DNA from: Gemmatimonadota bacterium
GTDB taxonomy: Bacteria; Gemmatimonadota; Gemmatimonadetes; Gemmatimonadales; GWC2-71-9
DNA length: 27,146 bases
Reading direction: 5' to 3'
Assembly (NCBI GenBank): GCA_003221005.1
Contig: QHTZ01000098.1
Span: 1 to 27,146 of the forward strand
Below are positions 1-7,915 of the stretch, in pieces; position 1 is the stretch's first letter, and each line of letters starts with the position of its first letter. The position numbers and the translations under genes were made by a program. Below the pieces are notes generated by a model. It worked only from the letters and a program-made list of their open reading frames with translations. It did not search any database and was not told where the DNA came from.

Positions 1-226
1 GTCCGGGTGCCAGCAGGTTGCCACCCCACAGACCGGTGTCCTTCTGCCTGCGCGCGATGGCCTGCGCGGGCTTGTACTGCAGCGCCGCCGTATGGAGTAC
101 ACCGAGCTGCTCGGGATCCTGGCCAGCATCCGGGACGACCTCGTGGTAGGCGCGGTACTGAATCGGTGGGCTTGCCGCTTGAAGCAGCCAGGACAGAGGC
201 AGCCGATGCGAAGTCGGGAGTTCCAG
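1..226 (-). CDS. Hypothetical protein, only the 5' part is in the window; probable CTG start; possible prenyltransferase/terpene-cyclase-like alpha/alpha barrel
   Basis: Manual translation of the minus strand from CTG at 226 is open to the window edge: (M)ELPTSHRLPLSWLLQAASPPIQYRAYHEVVPDAGQDPEQLGVLHTAALQYKPAQAIARRQKDTGLWGGNLLAPG. An AGGAG Shine-Dalgarno (234-238) lies 7 nt upstream. RQKDTGLWGG resembles a QW-type motif. Not in the ORF track. Confidence 0.7.
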   Translation of the reverse strand, partial: MELPTSHRLPLSWLLQAASPPIQYRAYHEVVPDAGQDPEQLGVLHTAALQYKPAQAIARRQKDTGLWGGNLLAPG

Positions 227-463
227 GGGCTCGCTCCTGGGTCAGGGGCGGCGCGAACGGCTGCCGAAAAACGGGCGCAAAGTTATGCGCCCGCTTGCAG
301 CTAGGCAAACAGGCGATGCGCGCGCCCCTATCACATGTTTTGGCAACGGCTTACGATCTTACGCCGAACTGCAAGAGTCTGCACTCAGGCGGCGACGGCG
401 ACGTGATCCGCGCCAGCCGCACGACGAATTGCTCGCTCTGCGGTGCCGGGTGATCTTTCGAAA

Positions 464-2494
464 ATGCTCGCCGCTCTGCGCGCCCGCGACGTCCACAGAC
501 TGCCCGACCGCGTGCGCTTCCAAGGCCGGATCCTGTTCCTCACCGCAGACCCCGCGCTCATACGCCGGCAGCTCGAGGGACACGACCTCGAGTGGACGCC
601 GGCGCTCAAGCTGCGCGACGACATCTCAACCGACGAGATCACTCCCGCCTACATCTGCTACTACTACGACGAGACGCTGGGAGACTTCCCCTACCTCGGG
701 CTCAAGTGCGGAGACGAGTTCCCCATCCCGCGCGGCGCCGTGAGGCGCGGCGGCTTCGTCGCCTCGGTGAGCGGCACGCGGCGCGGCAAGGGTTCGTCTC
801 GCGAGCAATCGCCGTACGCGGAGCTCTCCGCCGGGATCAAACTCGTGGTCGCGGAGAACGTGGAGCGCATCTATCGCGAGAACTGCCAGAACCTTGGGCT
901 CCTGGTCACCACCGACTTCTCGATCCTCGAGCGCGTGCGGCAGGGCGAGGAGATCCCCCTGGCGACTTTCTCGCGCGGGGAGGGTGAGATCACGCGCGGA
1001 ATCATCGAGTACGGTGGACTGTTCAACTACAACGTCGCCCGCCTCCAGGGGAAGGTGACGCTGCGGCCGCCTGTCACGGCGCCGCGGCCCATGACCCTCG
1101 GCGAGAAGATCCTGGCGCGGCACTGGGTGGTGGATCCGGCGGCGGGCCGCGTCGGGGTGCCGTCCGTGCGGCCGGGGGATGAAGGATTCGTGCGCACCGA
1201 CATCCGCTTCAGCCACGAATACGTGACGCCGATGGCGGCGATCTTCTTCGAGCAGCTCGTGGGGAAGGACGCGAAAGTGGTCGACCCAGGCTCGATACTC
1301 ATGTTCCGCGACCACTTGACCTTCCTGCCCGAAGCGATGACGCCGGAGCGGATCAAGGAAGGCCTGCTCGACGTGGCGCTGGAGCTCGAAAAGAAGCAGC
1401 GCGCGTTCGCGGAGCGGCAGGGGATCAAGTTGTACGGCGAGCTCAGGCTGGGCCATCACGGCTCAGAGGCGATTTGCCATTCGAAGATCCTCGAAGCGCA
1501 CGCGGAGCCGGGCCAGGTGATCATCGGGAGCGACTCTCACACTCCCCACGCCGGCGCGGTGGGGTGCGTGGCCTTCGGCGTGGGCACGACCGCGATCTTC
1601 AACTCGTGGATCACGCAGGACGTCCGGCTGACCGTTCCGGAGACGGTGAAGGTCGTGGTGCGCGGGCAGAAGCCCGACAACGTCACGGCGAAAGACTTCA
1701 TGCTCGAGATCCTGCGCCAGCCGTACGTGAAGAGCGGCAAGGCGATCGGGAAGCTGGTCGAATACTGTGGCGATGCTGTCGAAAAACTGTCCGTCGACGA
1801 GCGCGCCACGATGACGAACATGACCGCGGAGGTGGGCGGGTTTACCGGCTACGTTGCGCCGGACGCGCGCACGGTCGAATATCTGATGGAGTATCGCGGC
1901 CTGACGCGCGCCGCTGCGGAGGCGCTGTGCGCCGGCCTTGCGAGCGAGCAGGGGGCCGAGTACTGCGAGGTCCTTGAGATCGACGCGGGCGACGTGCGGC
2001 CGATGCTGGCGCTCCCCGGCGATCCCGGGAACGGCATCCCCATCGACGATGCCCGCGGGCGCATCCGGGTGGACATCGCCTACGCGGGCTCCTGCACCGC
2101 CGGCAAGAAGGACGACATGGACATGTACGCGCGCGTGCTGCGGGAGGCGGCGGCGCGCGGGGCGCGGGTGGCGCCTGGCGTGCGGTTCTACATTCAGTCA
2201 GGGTCGCAGGACGTGAAGCGCTACTGCGAAGAGCGGGGGTACCTCGAGCTGTTCCGGCAGGTGGGGGCCACGTTCCTCGAGCCATCGTGCGGGGCCTGCA
2301 TCAACGCCGGTCCGGGAGTTTCCAAGACGCGGGAGGAAGTGACGATCAGCGCAATCAACCGCAATTTCCCCGGCCGCTCGGGGCCGGGCCAGCTCTACCT
2401 CGCCAACCCCTACACGGTGGCGGCCTCCGCGATCGCGGGCTACGTCACCGCCTGGGAGCCCGGGCGGGCGCCTGCGCTACTCCCCACCGGCTGA
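464..2494 (+). CDS. Aconitase-family [4Fe-4S] dehydratase/isomerase; LeuD-like swivel domain fused N-terminal to a LeuC-like large domain
   Basis: N-terminal DDISTDEI and GSSRE motifs (small subunit), followed by TLGEKIL, SHE, RDH, GSDSHT, GSCT, CGAC and NRNFPGR motifs (large subunit, three cluster cysteines). ATG 464 is preferred; GTG 443 is the in-frame alternative. Confidence 0.9.
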   Translation: MLAALRARDVHRLPDRVRFQGRILFLTADPALIRRQLEGHDLEWTPALKLRDDISTDEITPAYICYYYDETLGDFPYLGLKCGDEFPIPRGAVRRGGFVASVSGTRRGKGSSREQSPYAELSAGIKLVVAENVERIYRENCQNLGLLVTTDFSILERVRQGEEIPLATFSRGEGEITRGIIEYGGLFNYNVARLQGKVTLRPPVTAPRPMTLGEKILARHWVVDPAAGRVGVPSVRPGDEGFVRTDIRFSHEYVTPMAAIFFEQLVGKDAKVVDPGSILMFRDHLTFLPEAMTPERIKEGLLDVALELEKKQRAFAERQGIKLYGELRLGHHGSEAICHSKILEAHAEPGQVIIGSDSHTPHAGAVGCVAFGVGTTAIFNSWITQDVRLTVPETVKVVVRGQKPDNVTAKDFMLEILRQPYVKSGKAIGKLVEYCGDAVEKLSVDERATMTNMTAEVGGFTGYVAPDARTVEYLMEYRGLTRAAAEALCAGLASEQGAEYCEVLEIDAGDVRPMLALPGDPGNGIPIDDARGRIRVDIAYAGSCTAGKKDDMDMYARVLREAAARGARVAPGVRFYIQSGSQDVKRYCEERGYLELFRQVGATFLEPSCGACINAGPGVSKTREEVTISAINRNFPGRSGPGQLYLANPYTVAASAIAGYVTAWEPGRAPALLPTG

Positions 2495-3667
2495 AATCGC
2501 GCGCACGACCTCGGGCCTGGTCGGGTAAGGCCGCAGCGCATCGCGCTGGTACACACTCCGCGGATTCCACAGCACCCAAGACGTAATCCCCACCTCTTCC
2601 GCCGCGCGGATCTGTTCGCGGATCTCGAATGGGGTGTAGCGCGGCAACCGGCGACCGAGCGTGAACGCCTGGAGGTAGGGGCGAATGGCGGCGGCGTCCG
2701 GCGCGCGGGAACGGCCGAGCGCCTCTTCGAGCGCGCGCCGCACCACCTTGTACGGTTGACCGTTGGGCCACGCCAACCCGTAGGCGCCGGCCTGATAATG
2801 ACTCGGGTACACCATCGGGAGGACGACATCCGCGATGGAGCTGAAGTCCTCCCAGACCTGGCCGATTCCCATGTCGTCGGTGGCCGATGCGGTCAGACCG
2901 AAGATGTCGAAGGTCACCGGCGCCCCGAAGGGGGCGACCAGCGCCTTGAGGAGCTGGATGTTGCGACGCACCGCGCTGCGCGGCGTGTCGCCCCGGCGGC
3001 GGGCCGGGAAGATGGCGGTCGCGAGGCGCTCGCGGGGCTCGTCTGGCATCCTGACGTAATCGAACTGCACTTCGGCGAAGCCCATGCGCACGGCCTCCTG
3101 AGCGAGCTGCGCCGAATAGACCCACACCGAGTCGTTGTAGGCGTCGACCCAGGCGCTCCCGATCCGATCACGCCACAGCTCGCCGTCCGCCAGGTGGACG
3201 GACCATTGCGCCTTGTGTTCAGCGAGCCGCGGGTCCTTCGCCACGACGATGCGGGCGATCGGATAGATGCCGTGTACGAGCAGGGTGTCGAGTCGCGCGC
3301 GCGCGTCGTGCGCGCGCGTGCACTGGTTAGCGCCGATTTGCTGCGCGGTCGGAACCGCTGAGGGATAGAGCAGGCAGCCCGTGTCGTCCTTGACGTCTAC
3401 GACGAAGGCGTTGATCTCGGTCTCATCGGCCAGGCGGACGAGCTGCCACAGGCGCGACGAGCCGAACGCCCAGGCATTGACATACAGCGCTTTTACCGTG
3501 GCGGGCGACGGCAGCAGGCGCGGGAGGGCGGGCTGCACGTAGCGTAGGTCCACGGGACGGAGCGCCACCCGCGATTGATCGGGCGGTGCGATCTGCGCAA
3601 AAAGGCCGCGACTCGTGACGAGCGCGGCCCAGAGCAAGAGGACGCTTGCCTGCCGGACCAACCGCAT
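2477..3667 (-). CDS. Putative glycoside hydrolase (DUF4015-like TIM barrel), secreted
   Basis: Signal peptide ending LFA-Q. Motifs KALY, INAFVVDVKDD, IARIVVAKD, WVDAY, EVQFDYVR, PMVYPSHY, RPYLQAF and VLWNPRSVY are typical of this family. Confidence 0.85.
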   Translation of the reverse strand: MRLVRQASVLLLWAALVTSRGLFAQIAPPDQSRVALRPVDLRYVQPALPRLLPSPATVKALYVNAWAFGSSRLWQLVRLADETEINAFVVDVKDDTGCLLYPSAVPTAQQIGANQCTRAHDARARLDTLLVHGIYPIARIVVAKDPRLAEHKAQWSVHLADGELWRDRIGSAWVDAYNDSVWVYSAQLAQEAVRMGFAEVQFDYVRMPDEPRERLATAIFPARRRGDTPRSAVRRNIQLLKALVAPFGAPVTFDIFGLTASATDDMGIGQVWEDFSSIADVVLPMVYPSHYQAGAYGLAWPNGQPYKVVRRALEEALGRSRAPDAAAIRPYLQAFTLGRRLPRYTPFEIREQIRAAEEVGITSWVLWNPRSVYQRDALRPYPTRPEVVRAISAGGE

Positions 3668-3726
3668 AGGGGGCTACACGATAGGAGGCGACCGCCGAAC
3701 GGACAAGAGACCGCCATCACGCTCTA

Positions 3727-6123
3727 TCAGGGCACCTGTAAGCTATTGAACAGCAACGGGTAAGTAGCCAGGCTCTGGCCCCGGTACTGCGGCCGGAAGC
3801 CGAACAGGACCACTCGCCCCCGGCCCAGGTGCACTTCCAGCAGGGCGGCCCGGCCGGCGACCCGTTCCGGATGCAACACCCACCCCGAGCGCAGCACCTT
3901 GTCCGGGTCGGTCGGATAGCGACCGATCACCCGCACGACGCTCGAGTCGAGCACGTCGAACGCCGGCCCGTCTTGGAACCACGCCACACTCTGCTCCGGC
4001 ATCCCCTTGGCGATGGGGTCGGTCGGGTCGAGGTCGAGCCGGAAGATCGAGCCCGGGGCGTAGAACTCGTCGTCCGCGACGCCTTCGAGGACGTTGCGCA
4101 CCGGGAGGAGCAGCTGCTCGACGGCGAAGCGACTCGCGTCGTTGAGCGCGACCAGCGTGCCGCCATCCTCCACGAACTTGCGCAGCTCGGTCACCCCGTC
4201 GCGCCCGATCCCGCCGCCGTAGGGCGCGGGGTAGATGCGGGTGGGCAGCCCTTCGAGCAATTCGCCGGGCGACTGATCGGGCAGCACGACCGCGTCGAAC
4301 TTCTCCTTGAGCTTGCCCGCCCGGATCGTGGAATCGGCGAGCGACACATACGGCACTCGCCAGGTGTCGAACACCCAGCGCGTCCACCCTTCGTCGATCG
4401 GCGCCGCATACGAGCGGTACACCCCGACCCGCGGGGCCTCGCCCGCGCCGAAGCCGGGATAGCCCGGCGTGGCGCGCGGCGCATCCACCGGTCCGGAGAG
4501 CGGCACCTTGAGCGAGTCGGGAGCGACCACGGCGGTCACGCCCATCAGCAACGGAAGCGTGTGGGCCGTGACGTCGTAGGGTGGCTGGGGCGGCCCGCCG
4601 GGATAGAGCCGGCGGTCGGGGTAGTGCTGCGGCTCGAGCAGCGTCTTTGCGAAGGCGGCGTACGGTTGCCGCAGCACCACGACGTAGCTCCCCGCGCTGA
4701 AGCGTTGACCGCCCACCGTCACCGGCTGGAGCGTCGAGCGGATCTCGACCTGGCCGCGGCGCAGGATGCCGAGCAGCGTCGCGAGCGCCACGGAGTCTTG
4801 GCGTTGGCGCGGAATCACGTACGCGTAGGGCCAGCCTCTCCAGCCGCGCACCGCGCGCGTGCCGACGGCGAGGAACGTGGCGAGCCAGCGATCGCGGTAG
4901 CGGGCGGCGTTCCCGAGCAGCGCGTACGCCGCATCGCTCTGGTACGTCACGATGTCGCGCAGCGTCCAGCGCCCGCCCGGCCAGGGCGCCGGGAAGTTCC
5001 ATGAGCGCTCCCGCGGGTTGTAGCCGCGCGCCCGCGACGCGAGCTCATCGAACGGGACTTCCACCGGCGAGGCCAGGTTCGCGCTCGCGGCTTCGACGAG
5101 GATGCGGACGGCGCCATGGTAATGCTCGTAGGCCCGGGCCGGTGTCCAGGCATCGTAGGTCGAGTTGATCGAGATGCCCGTCCTGCCCAAACCGGCAAGC
5201 TCCCAGGCGATCGCGGAGCCGAGCGCGTTGACGCCATCCACGAGCAGCGGCTCGACGTTAGGCTCGATCGGATCGAGGTACGGCGGTACGAACAGTCGCG
5301 AGGCGTTGCTCGCCTGCTGATGGATGTCCAGCACGATTTGCGGATGCCACACGTTGTACAGCGAGTCCACGGTGAGCTGGGTCTCGACCTGTGTGAAGGC
5401 GTACCAGTCGCGGTTGTCGTCGTGCCCGGTGTAGTGGTGGTAGAGCTCGGGGGGCCTGGACCCCTCGGCGGGCGTCCCCAGGGTGCGGTTGTACCAGCGG
5501 GTGACCAGGGTGACGCCGTCGGGGTTGAGCGCCGGCACCAGCAGCAGGATCACGTTCTCGAGGATGACGCGCGTCGCCGCGCTCGTGTCGGTCGCGAGCC
5601 GATGCGCGAGCAACACCGGTGCGAGGCTGCCGCCGTCCTCCGTCGAATGAACGCCCGACGTGATGAGCACGATCGCCTTGCCGTCCCGCACCGCCCCTGT
5701 GCCCTCGCCCGCGGAGCGGAGCGTGCGGGGATCGGCGATCTTGGCGTTGAGGAGACGGTAGGTGTCGAGGCGCTTCAGGTTCTGCGGGCTCGAGATGACG
5801 AGGGCGACGAACGGCGCGCCGAGCGTCGTACGCCCGAGCTCGCGGTAACGCACGCGGTCGCTGCCCCTGGCGAGCGCCTGGTAATAGCGTGTCAGCGTGG
5901 GCCAGTCGGCGAGCTTGCGGTCGTCCCCGGGCTCGAATCCGAGGACCGATCGCGGGCTTGGGATCGGGGCGGGAGCGGTGGCACGCCGCCGGGCCGCTGG
6001 CGGGTGGGGGGTGGGCGCGGGCTGCTGCCGGCGCTGCGCGACCAGCGGCGGCGTGATGCCAAGACTCGTCGCGAGGACGACCCACAGCGCGTGCGTGGTG
6101 AACACGGAGAGTCGAGCGTCCAC
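3727..6123 (-). CDS. M14 family zinc carboxypeptidase with C-terminal glutamine-amidotransferase-like domain, secreted
   Basis: Zinc motif HSTE, NPDG, DNRD, third ligand in DIHQQ, and C-terminal DEGWTRW and FGFRPQYRGQ motifs. Signal peptide ending LVA-Q. The exact start is uncertain. Confidence 0.9.
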   Translation of the reverse strand: MDARLSVFTTHALWVVLATSLGITPPLVAQRRQQPAPTPHPPAARRRATAPAPIPSPRSVLGFEPGDDRKLADWPTLTRYYQALARGSDRVRYRELGRTTLGAPFVALVISSPQNLKRLDTYRLLNAKIADPRTLRSAGEGTGAVRDGKAIVLITSGVHSTEDGGSLAPVLLAHRLATDTSAATRVILENVILLLVPALNPDGVTLVTRWYNRTLGTPAEGSRPPELYHHYTGHDDNRDWYAFTQVETQLTVDSLYNVWHPQIVLDIHQQASNASRLFVPPYLDPIEPNVEPLLVDGVNALGSAIAWELAGLGRTGISINSTYDAWTPARAYEHYHGAVRILVEAASANLASPVEVPFDELASRARGYNPRERSWNFPAPWPGGRWTLRDIVTYQSDAAYALLGNAARYRDRWLATFLAVGTRAVRGWRGWPYAYVIPRQRQDSVALATLLGILRRGQVEIRSTLQPVTVGGQRFSAGSYVVVLRQPYAAFAKTLLEPQHYPDRRLYPGGPPQPPYDVTAHTLPLLMGVTAVVAPDSLKVPLSGPVDAPRATPGYPGFGAGEAPRVGVYRSYAAPIDEGWTRWVFDTWRVPYVSLADSTIRAGKLKEKFDAVVLPDQSPGELLEGLPTRIYPAPYGGGIGRDGVTELRKFVEDGGTLVALNDASRFAVEQLLLPVRNVLEGVADDEFYAPGSIFRLDLDPTDPIAKGMPEQSVAWFQDGPAFDVLDSSVVRVIGRYPTDPDKVLRSGWVLHPERVAGRAALLEVHLGRGRVVLFGFRPQYRGQSLATYPLLFNSLQVP

Positions 6124-6180
6124 GTGCAGGGGAAACTTAACGAGGTGCGAGGGCGCATCGCGGCCCCCGCACCCGGTTCC

Positions 6181-7767
6181 TTACGGCAGCTTGTGCAGCT
6201 CCACGCGCCGGTTCTGCGCCCGGCCGGCGATCGTGGTATTCGGCGCAATCGGGGTGCGTGAGCCGTACCCGCGCGCGAGCATGCGCGTGGGGCTCACACC
6301 GTTGCGGGCGAGGTACGCCCGCACCGCGGCGGCCCGTGCCTGCGACAGCCGGATGTTCACGCCGACCGGGCCCGTGTTGTCGGTATAGCCAGCGATCTCG
6401 ATCTTGATCTCGGGATTCGCGAGCAATGAGGCCGCGACCTGATCGAGCACCGCGTACGAGTCGGCTGTCAGCACCGACCGTCCGGTTTGGAAGTTCACCC
6501 CGCGCAGGACGAGGGTGGGCCGCCGCGGGGGGGCCCCGGGCCGGGGTGGCGCCGCAGCCGATTCGGGACGGAACAGAATCATGCACCCGGTCGCGTCAAC
6601 CGGCACGCCCGGTGGCGTGTTGGGGCACTTGTCGAGCGTGTCCGGGACGCCATCTCCGTCCGCATCCTGAGCGACCGGGCATCCCACCGCGTCCACGGGC
6701 GTGCCCGCTGGCGTGTTGGGACACTTGTCGATCCCGTCGAGCACGCCGTCATGGTCCGTATCAGTTGGGCAGCCGGTAGCATCGACCGTCGCCCCGGCGG
6801 GAGTGTCCGGACACTTGTCGATGCCGTCGAGGACGCCGTCATGGTCCGAATCGCTCGGGCAGCCCGTGGCATCCACGGTCGCGCCAGCGGGTGTGTCCGG
6901 ACACTTGTCGATGCCGTCCGGCACACCGTCGTGGTCCGCGTCCATGGCGCAGCCGGTCGCGTCAACCGGGGTGCCCACCGGCGTGTCGGGGCACTGGTCG
7001 ATCCCGTCGGGGACACCGTCCTGGTCGGTGTCGAGCGGGCACCCTCGTACGTCCACCTTCGCACCGAGCGGCGTGTTGGGGCAGGCGTCGTCCTGGTCCG
7101 GCACGCCGTCCTGATCCGCGTCCTGCGCGGTGGGCGGCGGCGTGGGAAGCGCCGGCGTGGGTGGCGCAGCCGCGACTGGTGGCGGAGTCGCCGCCGGTGG
7201 GGGTGCCGGAGGAGCCGGTGTGCGCTTGCTGCCCGGCGCGAAGATCGCGAGCCCGGCCGAGCCCACGAGATGGGTGACCGAGTTTGCCGTAAGGGACGAC
7301 TTGGTGTCGGGGGTGTAGATGGCTCTGGCTTCGAGCCGCAGGGCGAGGTGGCGAGTCAAAAAGATGCGGTCGCCCACGCCACCGTGGATGCCGCCGTCCG
7401 TGAACTTGTACGGGGCCGTCGCGCCGAAATCGAGCAGTGAATACCCGCCCAGCACGTAGAGGCTGTTCCCCGCGCCGTGGAGCAGGTTGACCACCAGGCT
7501 CACGCCGCCGATCAGCGGCTCGATCGTCGAGTTTGACGTGCCGAGGGTGTATTCGGGCTGGAACAGCACATCGGCTTCCAGTCCGACGCGGTCGCCGAAC
7601 GCGTATCCCAGGCGCACTCCGCCGCCGATCTTCTTGGCGAGGTTGAAGGAGGCGTCGTACTTGGTGTATGAGCCGAACATGCTGAACTCGTACTCGCGGG
7701 CGTGTTGCGCCTCGAGGCCCGCGGCCCCGGTCAGCAGAGCCAGCCCAACCGTCGTGAGTGCGCGCAT
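6181..7767 (-). CDS. OmpA-family outer membrane protein: beta-barrel, Pro-rich linker, six TSP3-like Ca-binding repeats, peptidoglycan-binding domain
   Basis: Signal peptide ending LEA-Q. Six repeats of DxDxDGVxDxxDxCPxTP. C-terminal GYTDNTG, NIRLSQARAAAV and GRAQNRRVEL. AGGAGG Shine-Dalgarno upstream. Confidence 0.95.
   Translation of the reverse strand: MRALTTVGLALLTGAAGLEAQHAREYEFSMFGSYTKYDASFNLAKKIGGGVRLGYAFGDRVGLEADVLFQPEYTLGTSNSTIEPLIGGVSLVVNLLHGAGNSLYVLGGYSLLDFGATAPYKFTDGGIHGGVGDRIFLTRHLALRLEARAIYTPDTKSSLTANSVTHLVGSAGLAIFAPGSKRTPAPPAPPPAATPPPVAAAPPTPALPTPPPTAQDADQDGVPDQDDACPNTPLGAKVDVRGCPLDTDQDGVPDGIDQCPDTPVGTPVDATGCAMDADHDGVPDGIDKCPDTPAGATVDATGCPSDSDHDGVLDGIDKCPDTPAGATVDATGCPTDTDHDGVLDGIDKCPNTPAGTPVDAVGCPVAQDADGDGVPDTLDKCPNTPPGVPVDATGCMILFRPESAAAPPRPGAPPRRPTLVLRGVNFQTGRSVLTADSYAVLDQVAASLLANPEIKIEIAGYTDNTGPVGVNIRLSQARAAAVRAYLARNGVSPTRMLARGYGSRTPIAPNTTIAGRAQNRRVELHKLP
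6583..7122 (-). repeat. Six tandem ~90-bp coding repeats (thrombospondin type-3-like)
   Basis: Units of 30, 30, 30, 30, 32 and 28 aa. Units 3-5 are nearly identical (DxDHDGVxDGIDKCPxTPAG). Confidence 0.9.
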
Positions 7768-7915
7768 CCACCCTCCTGGGGGAAGCTGCCGCCTGTAAGG
7801 CTCGTCTAGCCTAATGATTTCGCTGACGATTAGAAACCCCGGCCGCCCTCCGAGACCCGCAAACGATCCCGCGCGGCGCTCGGCCGTGCGGTGTCGCTCG
7901 TCACCAGGCGTGTGG

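Noticed and set aside
92-304. 70-aa plus-strand ORF MEYTELLGIL (and ORF 7..453)
   Set aside because: It lies antisense to the better-supported minus-strand gene, which has a Shine-Dalgarno and more protein-like sequence. It has no RBS or recognisable motif.
339-356. Sigma54 -24/-12 promoter at TTGGCAACGGCTTACG
   Set aside because: The -12 TTGC element is missing at the required spacing.
6583-7122. Regularly spaced repeats as a possible CRISPR array
   Set aside because: The units are in-frame protein repeats with synonymous variation, there are no unique spacers, and no cas genes are present.
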